Of a DNA stretch of 57,384 bases, positions 1 through 9,469 are shown piece by piece. Source of the DNA: an uncultured virus (IMG/VR IMGVR_UViG_3300033233_000011) (lineage: Duplodnaviria; Heunggongvirae; Uroviricota; Caudoviricetes); the IMG/VR virus record IMGVR_UViG_3300033233_000011; one strand, given 5' to 3'. Position 1 is the stretch's first letter. Every line of letters starts with the position of its first letter. Under the pieces are notes generated by a model. It ran no database searches. It was not told the origin of the DNA and was given only the letters and a program-made list of their open reading frames with translations. The position numbers and the translations under genes were made by a program.

Positions 1-880
1 GCGCGAAGTCGTACGCGGACCCGGTGTTCGCCGTCGCGAGTACGCTCGCGCGGTGGTGATCGACGTACAAGACGCGAATGAACGCCGCGAAGCCGTCGGC
101 TGCGTTCGTGAACTTCATGAAGCAGGCGTTGTAAGGCGTGCCGTCGGCGTGGTGGTCGATGCACTCGAAGGATCCTGGGCCGCACGGTGGCCGACCCGAC
201 TGCATCGATCCGAAGTTGAACGAGCCGACACCGCCGCAGCAGAGATCCGGTCCGTATTTGGTGCAGGCGTGTTGCCAGTTACCATAACCGGACTCGCAGA
301 GCGCGATGCCCTGCGCGAACTGGGCCTCACGGAGAGTCGGCTCCTTGCCGAAGACCTGCCTGAAGCCGGCGACGACTCCGGCGCGAGCCGAGGCGTGCGT
401 GAGCGCTTCTTCCTCGCCCTGCCCCAGCCACTCGAAACCCGAGCTGAGCCCGCACACGTGCGCGCCCAGGGCCCCCGCCGCCCTTCGCCGCTCGTCCCGG
501 CGCTTCTCGACCGTCCCGAGCACGCGCCGGTGCTCCGCCGCGTCCCAGCCGAGCCCGACCCGCAGTCGCTCCGCCCAGCGGTCCGCGCCCGGCTCGTCCA
601 TGGGCTCGCGGCGCTCCCACTGCCGCGCGTGACCGACCTCGTGCCCAAGGGCCCACTCGTGGACGGCTCCGAGGGTGTGCGGGCCGCCCGACTCGTCCGC
701 GACCTCCACGAGGTCCTCGCCGTCCACGACGACGCGGCCCGGGGCGAAGTAGCTGGAGCGGTTCGGGGTCCGGTCCTGCCAGACGAGGCGCGGGTGGTTC
801 GTGGTGAGGGAGGCCGCGCAGATCTTCTGGAAGAGCCCACGCGCTTCAGGAGGCTCGTCGTGGAGCCAGGCGGCGAGCAC
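1..880 (-). CDS. Partial (runs off the left edge): HExxH zincin-like domain fused to a glucosaminidase/lysozyme-like muralytic domain; candidate virion-associated lysin
   Basis: Absent from the ORF track because there is no stop in the window. Manual translation from GTG 880 gives ...WALGHEVGHARQ...SGFEWLGQG...AQFAQGIALCESGYGNW...FNFGSMQ...FMKFTNAADGF, resembling GH73-type AQxxLESGxG/NxFG motifs. Confidence 0.6.
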   Translation of the reverse strand, partial: MLAAWLHDEPPEARGLFQKICAASLTTNHPRLVWQDRTPNRSSYFAPGRVVVDGEDLVEVADESGGPHTLGAVHEWALGHEVGHARQWERREPMDEPGADRWAERLRVGLGWDAAEHRRVLGTVEKRRDERRRAAGALGAHVCGLSSGFEWLGQGEEEALTHASARAGVVAGFRQVFGKEPTLREAQFAQGIALCESGYGNWQHACTKYGPDLCCGGVGSFNFGSMQSGRPPCGPGSFECIDHHADGTPYNACFMKFTNAADGFAAFIRVLYVDHHRASVLATANTGSAYDFA

Positions 881-883
881 GGG

Positions 884-1462
884 CTACGCCTCGATCCACT
901 CGATGACGCCCGGGACTCCGTGCAGCTTTCCGTACTGGTCGGCGGCGCTGGCCGACGTCTCCGCCGTCGCGCGCACGGACGCCGCGAAGGCCGCCGGCAT
1001 CTCGCCGGCCGGCAGCAGCAGCCGGTGCGCGAGCAGCACGGCCTGCCGGGCCGCCTGCGGGTAGAACTTCGACACGTTCTTCGCCCAGTCCGTGAGCGGC
1101 GAGGTGTCCTGCTTGGTCGCCTTCTTGATCCCGTCCTCGTACTGCTTCGCGACGTTCGGGGTCATCCCCTGCAACTCGCGCACGTAGTCGCCGAGCCCGA
1201 CCGCGTTCACGCCGGAGCCGTTGAGCTTCTCGATCACGTTGCCGAGGCGCGTGCGGTCCGTCGTGTGGAACGCGGCGAACTCCAGCATCACGATCTGGTC
1301 GTCGGTCAGGCGCGGCTGCTGCTGGTCCGTCGGCGGGAGAGTCTGCTCCGGTGCGGGCGCGGGCGCCTGATCCGTGGTGCTCTTCTTCCTCGACGCGACG
1401 AGGAGGCCGACGCCGACGCCCACGATGCCACCGATGACGAAGCTGATCGCGTCGGAGGCCAT
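884..1462 (-). CDS. Membrane-anchored protein (N-terminal TM helix), putative virion protein
   Basis: ISFVIGGIVGVGVGLLVAS followed by RKK; ends GVIEWIEA. Confidence 0.7.
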   Translation of the reverse strand: MASDAISFVIGGIVGVGVGLLVASRKKSTTDQAPAPAPEQTLPPTDQQQPRLTDDQIVMLEFAAFHTTDRTRLGNVIEKLNGSGVNAVGLGDYVRELQGMTPNVAKQYEDGIKKATKQDTSPLTDWAKNVSKFYPQAARQAVLLAHRLLLPAGEMPAAFAASVRATAETSASAADQYGKLHGVPGVIEWIEA

Positions 1463-2887
1463 CTACTTCAACGCGATCCACACGATGGTGCCGACCACGG
1501 CCGCCCCGACGACGTACAGGACCGCGTTCGACTTCGTGGGGGCGCCGCCGTCGCCCATCGGCAGGTCGGTGTCGCCGCTCGCGGCCGTGCTGCACGCGAC
1601 CGGCATGGAAGAATCGATCGACTTCACGGCAGCGGCCGTCACGTCGTTGTACTCGCCCGTCACGGACAAGCCGAACGCCTTCTGCACGCGGCTGACCATC
1701 GCTGGCGCGAGACCGCAGGCGCCCTTCGGCGTTTTCGAGACGAGCATCCAGGCGGTGTGAAGAGCCCGAACGGCAGAGCCGATTTCCTTCTGCGCGTCCG
1801 GTGGCAGGCTCTGGTACTGCTGCCGGTAGGTGTTCGGGTCCGTCTTCGATCCTGCGCCGCCCTGCCTCACCCCGGTGCCGGCGAGCTTCTTCAGCTCGTC
1901 CTTCACCCTCGACAACTTCGCGTCGAAGTCCTTGCGCCAGTCGAGGTAGACCTGCATGCCGGTGTCGTAGGCACCGATGTCGACCTGGGGATCGCCGCTG
2001 TTCGGGTCGATCTTCACGATCGTGCTCTGACAGATCGGCCGCGGGCGATACGGCCATGCGACAAGCCCCGCGGCCGAGCAGTCGTCCGGCAACCAGTCCA
2101 TGCAACATGGCGACTGCTGAACACTCGGGTCCATCGGTGGCGAGCCACAGTTCGGTGCCGGGTCTCCCGGGTTCGCCGTCCGCTTCTTGCACCACGGATC
2201 GTTCGCCGAAAGGGCAGTGAGTGGCGCACTGTGCGACTTGCCGGGCGGGTTCAGCCTCTTCAGGACGTCGAAGACCTGCGTGTGCGTCACGTTGTAGCTC
2301 GACGCAAGGCTGTCGATCTGGTGGTTCAGGTACTGCACGAGATCCGCGTACGCCGCCGCGATGGCGTTGTACTGCTCCTCACCGATCACGTTCTGCGGCG
2401 CGCCGATCCACTCGAAGCCTGAGAGCATGCTGCCTTGGGTGCCCGCTCCCGGCATCACGTACTCGTTGGCGCACAGCTTCCTCGACCACTTCTCGACCCA
2501 GCCCGCCGAGGACGTATGCACGAGCACGCGCGCGTGCGTGCAGTAGTCGGCCGGCAGAGGGAACGCGAGCCCGTGCGGCCACCAGGCGGGGACGGTCGGA
2601 GTGCGCCCCGGGTACGGGTTCCACCACTTCTTGAGTTGCTGCTCGGCGATCTGCGAAGCAGCTACCTCGGTCGTGTCTCCCTCCCAGACAGCCGCCTCGT
2701 AGCCCCAACTTGAACCACGCGGCATGAAGTGGAGCTGCACGCGGTAGCGGCCGAAGCCTGGCGTCGGACCGACGCGCGCCGGGGCGCCGTGCGCGGAAGC
2801 GGCGCTGGCCGAACGGAGCCGCATCGCTTCCATGTCGCCGACGCCAACCGTCCCAGGTTCGTCGATCCACTCGCAGATCGCGTTCAC
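1463..2887 (-). CDS. Cys-rich putative virion protein with peptidoglycan-binding-like domain and C-terminal TM anchor
   Basis: GTG 2887 overlaps the upstream stop; VSRVQKAFGLSVTGEYNDVTAAAVK resembles PG_binding_1; C-terminal AVLYVVGAAVVGTIVWIALK; two EW motifs. Confidence 0.65.
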   Translation of the reverse strand: MNAICEWIDEPGTVGVGDMEAMRLRSASAASAHGAPARVGPTPGFGRYRVQLHFMPRGSSWGYEAAVWEGDTTEVAASQIAEQQLKKWWNPYPGRTPTVPAWWPHGLAFPLPADYCTHARVLVHTSSAGWVEKWSRKLCANEYVMPGAGTQGSMLSGFEWIGAPQNVIGEEQYNAIAAAYADLVQYLNHQIDSLASSYNVTHTQVFDVLKRLNPPGKSHSAPLTALSANDPWCKKRTANPGDPAPNCGSPPMDPSVQQSPCCMDWLPDDCSAAGLVAWPYRPRPICQSTIVKIDPNSGDPQVDIGAYDTGMQVYLDWRKDFDAKLSRVKDELKKLAGTGVRQGGAGSKTDPNTYRQQYQSLPPDAQKEIGSAVRALHTAWMLVSKTPKGACGLAPAMVSRVQKAFGLSVTGEYNDVTAAAVKSIDSSMPVACSTAASGDTDLPMGDGGAPTKSNAVLYVVGAAVVGTIVWIALK

Positions 2888-3669
2888 GCGGCCCTCTTGT
2901 GCTTCTCTGCCGAGCCGACGGCCCCTCCGCCGCGAAAGGCGAACCACATCCCCGCGACCGCCGCGGCGCCGAGCAGGAGCAGGCCCCCCGCGCCCATGCC
3001 GGACTTGGTGGTGCCGGTGACGGGAGGGGGCTCCTGCTTCTTCACGCAGTTCGGGGGCGTGCCCTCCCAGCCTTCAGCACAAGTGGCCGGCGGCGTCGTG
3101 CCGCCCACGATCTTCGAGCAGTCCGGGATCTTCAGCGTGCAGCCGGGCGGCAGATCGGTGATGTCGGACTCGTCGAGGATCTTCTCCTGCGTCGGGTAGT
3201 CACCGAAGATGCGCTTCCACTCCTCGCAGTCCTTCTTGTTGAGCTTGTCGCCCGTCGATGGGGTCGAACCCTTCGACGTGAGGATCTCCTTGATGATCGA
3301 GGCGACGCCGATTTCCCCAGAGCAGAGCTTGTCGGTGATCTGCTTTCGCTTGCTCGTGCCGTAGCAGACCTGCCAGGCGTGGTAGCAGTCCACTTCGAGC
3401 GACCTGACGGCCGTCTCGATGTCGGACTTGCAGGTGGCATCGCAGGCGGCGTCGTTGTACTGCCTCTTGAGGTCGTCGTACCGGTCCCGAAGGATCTTCG
3501 CCCTCGACGCCAGCCCCGAGTCGAACGCGCACGCGGACTCGGCCATGTAGCAGCGGTTCGGGTAGCCCGGCAGTGCCCCGAGCATCCCCGGCTCCCCGAG
3601 CCACTCGAACCCCGGCGGCCCGCCGACCGTCCCCGGGCTCTCGTCGATCCACTCGCAGATGGCATTCAT
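2884..3669 (-). CDS. Cys-rich putative virion membrane protein, possible degenerate LysM
   Basis: Starts MNAICEWIDESPGTVGGPPGFEWLGEPGMLG; DLPPGCTLKIP resembles the end of a LysM; C-terminal hydrophobic GGLLLLGAAAVAGMWFAF. Confidence 0.65.
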   Translation of the reverse strand: MNAICEWIDESPGTVGGPPGFEWLGEPGMLGALPGYPNRCYMAESACAFDSGLASRAKILRDRYDDLKRQYNDAACDATCKSDIETAVRSLEVDCYHAWQVCYGTSKRKQITDKLCSGEIGVASIIKEILTSKGSTPSTGDKLNKKDCEEWKRIFGDYPTQEKILDESDITDLPPGCTLKIPDCSKIVGGTTPPATCAEGWEGTPPNCVKKQEPPPVTGTTKSGMGAGGLLLLGAAAVAGMWFAFRGGGAVGSAEKHKRAA

Positions 3670-4571
3670 GGCACGACCGGTCCTTCCATCGAGTCACACG
3701 GGAACGCCTCGAACAGCATCGCCCCGGCGACGCGCCCGTAGATCGCGTTCGGGAAGCTGGACAGGAACTGGTCTTCGGGTCGCATGCCGGGCAGGTTCGG
3801 GTAGGGCGGCCGGCTCGACGGGTTCGTCTGCCGCACCGAGGCGTAGAATGCCACGGCTCCGGGTCCGCGAACAACCTCCGAGAGCGCGTAGTCCGTGTTC
3901 CCCCACGGGAACCTGATGTCGCGGAACGTGCCGAGCGCCCCGAGCGCGTCGCCCGGCGGCTGGCCCGAGGCGGGCGGCACGTACACGGCCGCGATCGTCG
4001 GCACGTAGAGCAGCACGGACTCCAGGCTGCGCGTGTTCGGGCTCGTGCCGGGGAGCTGACTCGGGTCGACCCGGCGCGAGGAGAACCTGTTCTTCTGCCA
4101 CCGGAGGTGCCAGGAGATGTTGCCGTCGAGGAAGCTCCAGAGGGGCGAGACCACCTCGCGCTCCAGCGTCAGGAGGCAGTCCGGCGGAAAGTCCTGACTC
4201 GGCTGCGCGCCGTCGCCCGTGCAGCCCCGGATCGTCGCGAGCTGCCGCAGGCCCCGGATCACGATCGCGTAGCCGGCGGGGATCTCCACGCCGCACAGGC
4301 GGATCAGGTACCGCGTGTCCTGGCTCACCGTGAACGCCGCGGGGACCGTGACGCCCGTCCGGCCCATGTCGCCGAGGTACGGGGAGGATCCGACGCCGGT
4401 CAGGTCCGGGTCGAACGAGGCCGACGCGATCTCGCGCAGGTCCTGCCGCGCGCCGTCCTGGACGAGGCTCTCGCGGGTGGACGAGAAGCTCCGGCGCGGG
4501 CCGATCGACCGGACCGCTGCTCCGGTGCGCTGCCTCTGGTCCTGGTCTGCTACCGCAAGAGTCTTCGCCAA
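3666..4571 (-). CDS. Putative structural protein (beta-rich)
   Basis: Operon position downstream of the capsid candidates; alternating hydrophobic strands; no TM. Confidence 0.55.
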   Translation of the reverse strand: MAKTLAVADQDQRQRTGAAVRSIGPRRSFSSTRESLVQDGARQDLREIASASFDPDLTGVGSSPYLGDMGRTGVTVPAAFTVSQDTRYLIRLCGVEIPAGYAIVIRGLRQLATIRGCTGDGAQPSQDFPPDCLLTLEREVVSPLWSFLDGNISWHLRWQKNRFSSRRVDPSQLPGTSPNTRSLESVLLYVPTIAAVYVPPASGQPPGDALGALGTFRDIRFPWGNTDYALSEVVRGPGAVAFYASVRQTNPSSRPPYPNLPGMRPEDQFLSSFPNAIYGRVAGAMLFEAFPCDSMEGPVVP

Positions 4572-4581
4572 GGGACGCCCC

Positions 4582-5298
4582 CTAGGCGAGCTGCTTTGGC
4601 GTGGGGTTCAAGTAGCCGGCGGAGACCAGCGCCTTGACCGCCGTGTCCAGGGCACACGAGTCGTAGCGCGTCGGCAGCCGCACGCAGTGCATCGTGATGA
4701 CGGCGATGGTCGGGATTTCGCCTACGACCACCTGCCCCGACGTCCCGACGAACTCGCGCGTGTTGACGAACGTCGCGCGGATCTGCGCCGAGCAGCCGAG
4801 CACGAACCCGACCGGGCAGACGCACTCGAACGTGTTCTCGATGTTTTCGAGCGGCGTCGGGTCCGGGGAAATCAAGTACCGGCAGTGGCTCTTGATCGTG
4901 AGCGTGAAGTCGATGTTCGGGTTCTTCGCGTTGAAGAAGTCGCTCTGCGCCTTGAAGATCGAGTTCGCAAAAGCGTTCGGGCGCTTGACCGTGTAGACGA
5001 CTTTCCTGACCCACAGGTCCGCCTCGACGATCCCGTCGAGCTGCCCCTCGACCTCCGTGTTCGCGGCGCCGGTCTCGAACGTGCCCGTGAGTTTGAGGAT
5101 CTCCCAGCCCCAGCCGCACGTCGGGTCCCCCCAGCCGAGCAGGTCCGGCCGGATGAACTCGGCGTCCGCCGAGACGCCGCCCAGGAGCGCCACGGCCAGC
5201 CTCGGGTCGTGGCGCGCGACCTCGCCGAGCCACCCGGACCGGCTCATGTCCGGTCCGAGGAGCTTCGGGGTGCTGGGGTCGTTCGAGGAGCCGTCCAC
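4582..5298 (-). CDS. Candidate minor/second capsid protein (possible single jelly-roll)
   Basis: Strand-like segments LKLTGTF, ADLWVRKVVYTV, IDFTLTI, QIRATFVN, IAVITMHCVRL; fold is inferred only. Confidence 0.45.
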   Translation of the reverse strand: MDGSSNDPSTPKLLGPDMSRSGWLGEVARHDPRLAVALLGGVSADAEFIRPDLLGWGDPTCGWGWEILKLTGTFETGAANTEVEGQLDGIVEADLWVRKVVYTVKRPNAFANSIFKAQSDFFNAKNPNIDFTLTIKSHCRYLISPDPTPLENIENTFECVCPVGFVLGCSAQIRATFVNTREFVGTSGQVVVGEIPTIAVITMHCVRLPTRYDSCALDTAVKALVSAGYLNPTPKQLA

Positions 5299-5319
5299 GG
5301 GCTACGAGGGCCTTTCGGG

Positions 5320-6606
5320 CTACTCGCCGTCCGGGGTGAGCGGCATCACGATCGTCCGCGGCGTCGCGCCGAGCACGCCCTGCGCGTGCTTGACGGCCTC
5401 GGCGGCCGAGAGCTTGCCGATCGTGCCGCCCGCCGCGCCGACCTGCGAGAGCAGGCCCTGCAACCCGCGGACACTGCCGTACATCTGCCCCATCGCGCCG
5501 CCCGGGACGACGTACTCGTTGAGGAACTGCACCGCGGCCTGGGGCCACAACTCGATGCCCTTCATCACGACGCCGAGGCTGATGCAGCCGCCCGGGACCG
5601 TGGTGATGGCGCCGCAGTCCGCGCCGACGCCAGCGTCGTCGTTGAAGCTCCCGTCGGCGGTCGTCTCGTTGATCGTCGAGGTGTTCTGCAGCGCGCTCTC
5701 GCACGCGCCGCCGAGCCGGACGAAGTTCACGTCGAAGCGCATGCCCGGCGTGAAGAGGATCGGCTGGCACAGGGGGTAGATCCTGTTCGCGAGGCCGATG
5801 ATGCGCGGGTGGCCGTACGTGACGCCCGCGAGGGGCGGCGGCAGGCAGCACGAGTCGCTCGACCCGCAGCTCCCGGCGAGGATGCCCGTGTTCGCCGTGA
5901 CGAAGCGCTCGGCGATGATCGGGTCCTCCTTCGAGGCCAGGACGTCGTTGACGGCGCGGATGAACGGCATCGTCGGGATGCGCGAGTCCGAGGCGCCGAC
6001 GAACTCCGGCGGCAGCGGCGTCATGCCGATGTCGAGCAGGGACTCGTTGACGATCTCGAACCGGCGCTGCACGAGCACGCTCAGGCGGAACGCCTGGAAG
6101 AACTTCTCGATGAAGCGCCAGGTCGGGCCGCCCCACCAGAGCGTCGCCTTGTTGTTGATGACGTTGCCGCGCACGGCGCCGCAGTACTCGTCGCAGCCTT
6201 CGGTCATGCCGGGCACGATCGGCACCGCGCTGTCGTCGCCCGTCGGCACCATCGCGCCGTGGACCGAGAACGCCTCGCCTTCGCCGATCGCGACGATGCC
6301 GACCGCGCACGCGAGGAAGATCGTGTTGACGCCCGATCCGACCTCGGCGTTCGTCTGCTGGTTCGCGACCGGCTCGCCGTTGGCGAACACCTTGATGTTC
6401 GACATGAACCGCGCCTCGAACTCGGCCTGCGTGAACGGCAGCGAGTGCGTGGTGAAGTCGTAGTAGTACGTCGGGATCTTCGCCCAGCCGTACGACTTGA
6501 GCGCGTCCATGTCGCCGAGCCGGCCGAACTCGTGCGGGGAGCCGAGCTTGCCGAGGGGCTGCCGGACGATCGCGTGGGGGTTCTGGGTCTTCGCTGCGGT
6601 TGCCAT
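5320..6606 (-). CDS. Candidate major capsid protein (non-HK97, possibly vertical jelly-roll)
   Basis: 428 aa, strongly GC3-biased codons, purine-rich RBS region (AGAAAGAGAG), directly after the basic core-like gene; YYYD...F...TN...F pattern and beta-rich composition; fold unverified. Confidence 0.5.
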   Translation of the reverse strand: MATAAKTQNPHAIVRQPLGKLGSPHEFGRLGDMDALKSYGWAKIPTYYYDFTTHSLPFTQAEFEARFMSNIKVFANGEPVANQQTNAEVGSGVNTIFLACAVGIVAIGEGEAFSVHGAMVPTGDDSAVPIVPGMTEGCDEYCGAVRGNVINNKATLWWGGPTWRFIEKFFQAFRLSVLVQRRFEIVNESLLDIGMTPLPPEFVGASDSRIPTMPFIRAVNDVLASKEDPIIAERFVTANTGILAGSCGSSDSCCLPPPLAGVTYGHPRIIGLANRIYPLCQPILFTPGMRFDVNFVRLGGACESALQNTSTINETTADGSFNDDAGVGADCGAITTVPGGCISLGVVMKGIELWPQAAVQFLNEYVVPGGAMGQMYGSVRGLQGLLSQVGAAGGTIGKLSAAEAVKHAQGVLGATPRTIVMPLTPDGE

Positions 6607-6666
6607 CTTGGTGCTCTCTTTCTAGGCAAGGAGCGCCCGGGGTCCGGGTCGCCTCTTGCCGGTGGA

Positions 6667-8355
6667 TCAGTCGTCGAAGTTGAAGAGCGAGTGGACCTTC
6701 TGCTCGGGGCCCATCTCGCCGTTCGAAGGCGTGCCGCGCACGCCGCTGAACGAGGGGATGCTGACGGACGCGAAGTTCGCGGCGGCCTGCGAGACCGGAC
6801 CCGGGCACGGGACCGGCACCGCCGGCGGCGGGTTCGCCGAGAAGGTCGGCAGCGGGACGACGGCGCCGGGGATGCTGCCGTCAACGGCGGTCTGCGGCGC
6901 GTGCTGCCCGTAGACCGGAGGCACTTCCGGCGGGCGGATCCTCGTGCCGCGCGTGTCGGGTGCGCCGTCGCCTCCCGAAGCGGTCAGCTTCGAGAAGATC
7001 GGCCCGCACATGCTCTCCGGCAGGATCACCGACGATCCGACCGACGGGATGGTCCCGCCGTTCAGGGCCGCGATGGTCTCCATGTTGACGCCGGCAGCTC
7101 CCGCCATCGCGGCGAGGTCGTCGCCGGGCTGGATCATGTACTTGCACTTCCTGCCCGCCTGGTCGCAGTCCGGGCACTCCTTGTAGCCCGAGCAGTCCGA
7201 CCAGCACCCGCGGCTCCCGCCGCACCCGCCGCACTTTCCGAGGCGGCCGGTGTTCACGAAGTGCCGCGGCGAACCGGTCGTGCCCGATGCGCCGCTATGT
7301 GCTTTTCCCGAGGGGAGCCCCTGGAGCGCGCCGGAACTGACCGGAGCGATCGTCGGGTTGTCACCGGGCGCCTGCGCCGACATGAGCTGCGGGATGGTCG
7401 GCCAGGTCTCGAACGCCTTGTCGATGTCGTCCTGCACGAACCCCTGCTCGAACGAGTAGAGGCGGTTGCCGATCGTCATCTCGCTCGGCTTGGTCTTGTC
7501 GACCGACATGAGCATGGGGCCCGCGTACCAAGTCCACAACTTCTCGAAGAGCGCGGAGCCCGCGCCGACCGAGAGGCCGCCGAAGAACCACGAGAGCAGC
7601 GGCTTGTTGCGCGTGAAGTACCCGAGCGCGACGGCGCCGACCGCGAGCGCGGCCTGCGCGCCGAGGCGCCAGGCGTCCGGCCGGCGGCGGATCGCGGCGG
7701 CCGCGTCCTTGCCGTACCAGGGGCGCTGACCCTTGACCTGCGCCGAGCCGTTGCTCGCGGACGCGGGAGTCCGCGTCGCGACGAAGCGGTCGAGCACGTC
7801 CGCGACGATGAGGCCGACGCCGACGCCGCCGATCGCGATCCCGTACTTCTTGACGCCCTCGCCCGAGAACGGGCCGGCGTTCGAGAAGATCCCCTGCTCG
7901 CCGGGGTTCGTGTGGCGCAGGGAGAGATCGGAGATCTCGGCCGGGTTGTGCCGGCGCTTCTTGCGGCGGCCCTTCTTGCGCTTGCCGCCGGTCGAGCCGC
8001 GCAGGTGGACCTGGATCGCCTGCGTACCCTTCTTCGGCACGGTGATGACGCGCGTCTTCTCGGTGTGCACGACGCGGCTCGAAGAGCGGTGCGTCGAGCG
8101 CGAGCGGGAGTGCCCGCCGGCGCGCTTGCGGCCGCGCTTGTGGCCCTTCTTGCGCTTGTGGCTCTTCTTCCTGGCGTGCGCCTTGCGCTTCTTGTGGCGG
8201 CGCTTCTTCGGCTTGCTCTCGGCACGAGCGGCGGCGCGGGAGGCCTTCTGGGCCTTCTTGATGTTGCGGCGCGCGGCGGCCTTCTGCTTGGCGGACGTCT
8301 TGCGCTTCTTCTTGCCGCTCTTCTTGTGCTTCTTGCCGCTCTTGCGCTTGGCCAC
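6667..8355 (-). CDS. K/R-rich core-like protein with membrane helices, Cys cluster and LysM domain
   Basis: GTG 8355 after GAGG; about 130 aa K/R/H-rich N-terminus; hydrophobic helices (IAIGGVGVGLIVA, AALAVGAVALGYF, LLSWFFGGLSVGAG); KYMIQPGDDLAAMAGAAGVNMETIAALNGGTIPSVGSSVILP is LysM-like. Confidence 0.75.
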   Translation of the reverse strand: MAKRKSGKKHKKSGKKKRKTSAKQKAAARRNIKKAQKASRAAARAESKPKKRRHKKRKAHARKKSHKRKKGHKRGRKRAGGHSRSRSTHRSSSRVVHTEKTRVITVPKKGTQAIQVHLRGSTGGKRKKGRRKKRRHNPAEISDLSLRHTNPGEQGIFSNAGPFSGEGVKKYGIAIGGVGVGLIVADVLDRFVATRTPASASNGSAQVKGQRPWYGKDAAAAIRRRPDAWRLGAQAALAVGAVALGYFTRNKPLLSWFFGGLSVGAGSALFEKLWTWYAGPMLMSVDKTKPSEMTIGNRLYSFEQGFVQDDIDKAFETWPTIPQLMSAQAPGDNPTIAPVSSGALQGLPSGKAHSGASGTTGSPRHFVNTGRLGKCGGCGGSRGCWSDCSGYKECPDCDQAGRKCKYMIQPGDDLAAMAGAAGVNMETIAALNGGTIPSVGSSVILPESMCGPIFSKLTASGGDGAPDTRGTRIRPPEVPPVYGQHAPQTAVDGSIPGAVVPLPTFSANPPPAVPVPCPGPVSQAAANFASVSIPSFSGVRGTPSNGEMGPEQKVHSLFNFDD

Positions 8356-8470
8356 AGTTACCTCGTCCGGTTGGTGGGCTCTGACTGCGTTCGCGACGCG
8401 CGCTTCGAATGGGTTCGATTCGTACTCATCGATGTCGCGTCGAACACGTTCTGCAGCCCTCGTCGTTCGC

Positions 8471-8500
8471 ATGTTGAAACCCAGCCGGTAAATCTGTCAA
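8471..8500 (-). promoter_or_regulatory. Candidate sigma70-type promoter for the structural operon
   Basis: TTGACA (8500-8495), 18 nt spacer, CAACAT; weak -10. Confidence 0.35.
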
Positions 8501-8885
8501 CCGAACGGACTTGAAATGGAAGAGGCTTGATCCGGATCTCGATCGAGAAATCGATCTCGGGCGCGCTCGCGCGCGGGCGCGCGAAGTTGATCAAAGCGAC
8601 GCACAGTGGCCGTCGCTACGACGGCACGAGTACGTCGGGTTCAACGGCTTCGACGACGAGCGGCGCGGGGGCGCCTAGTCACGAAATTCGGGGCGCGCAA
8701 GGGCGAGAAAATATTTTTTCGGGGTGCTCGCGGAGGGGCGCCCGGAGGGCGAATTTCTCGCCGCGCGTCGGGCGAGGACGCTGCGCCCGCACAAGTGGTG
8801 GTGCGTGAGCGGGGCCGCACGAGCACGTTGTGCGAGCGCAGGTGTCAGAGCGCAGCGGCAGCGCGCGGCGGCGGCGCGCAGCGCA

Positions 8886-9464
8886 TCAAGGCGAGATGAA
8901 GCCGTGCGCCGTGATAACGCATGAATCGGGGAGCGACAACTTCCACGCGAGTGGGCGTTTGCAAACGTGCAGATCCACCGGAGGATCGTATCCGTGTTCG
9001 AATGGGATCTTGCCGCCCGACCGCATCACGATCTTCGTCTTGTCTTCCGGGTCCACCGCGACGCCGTAGCGCGTGTACCGGATGAACCTGACCTTGCAGA
9101 CCTTCTTCCACGGCCCGTCGGGGATCTCCACGCCGCCCGAGCGCGGGCGCTCTTTTCCGAAGTACTCCGTCACCGCGCTCGGCAGCGCGCCGGATGCGTC
9201 GCGCCGCGTCCCCCTCCACCGGAGCACGTACAGCTCGCACTTCGGCAGGATCGCGGCCTCGGTGTCGTGCACGAGGACGAAGTCCTTCGGGATCGTGTCG
9301 ATGTCGGACGGCATCGCCTCGTCGTCGCGGTGCAGGTCGCAGCTCGGCGAGTAGCAGCCGACTTCTTCGGCCTGCTCCAGCGAGACGAAGGAGACCTTGT
9401 CGCCGCGCACGAGCAACTCGGTGCACTGGGACTCGTCGCAGGCGGTGGCGACCTTGGCGGGCAT
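8886..9464 (-). CDS. Hypothetical protein
   Basis: ATG 9464 (MPAKVATAC...), normal composition, operon context. Confidence 0.65.
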   Translation of the reverse strand: MPAKVATACDESQCTELLVRGDKVSFVSLEQAEEVGCYSPSCDLHRDDEAMPSDIDTIPKDFVLVHDTEAAILPKCELYVLRWRGTRRDASGALPSAVTEYFGKERPRSGGVEIPDGPWKKVCKVRFIRYTRYGVAVDPEDKTKIVMRSGGKIPFEHGYDPPVDLHVCKRPLAWKLSLPDSCVITAHGFISP

Positions 9465-9469
9465 CGGCG

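Noticed and set aside
53..2422. 789-aa plus-strand ORF
   Set aside because: Antisense shadow of GC3-rich minus-strand genes; R/V/L/A/G-dominated with no motifs
8356..8472. Longer ATG start for the basic/LysM gene, adding an ESNPF motif
   Set aside because: GTG 8355 has a GAGG RBS and the ATG overlaps the predicted -10 box; not fully excluded
4315..8514. 1399-aa plus-strand ORF (and similar ones at 13812-15647, 34325-35716, 35723-37411)
   Set aside because: Mirror-frame artefacts opposite well-supported minus-strand genes
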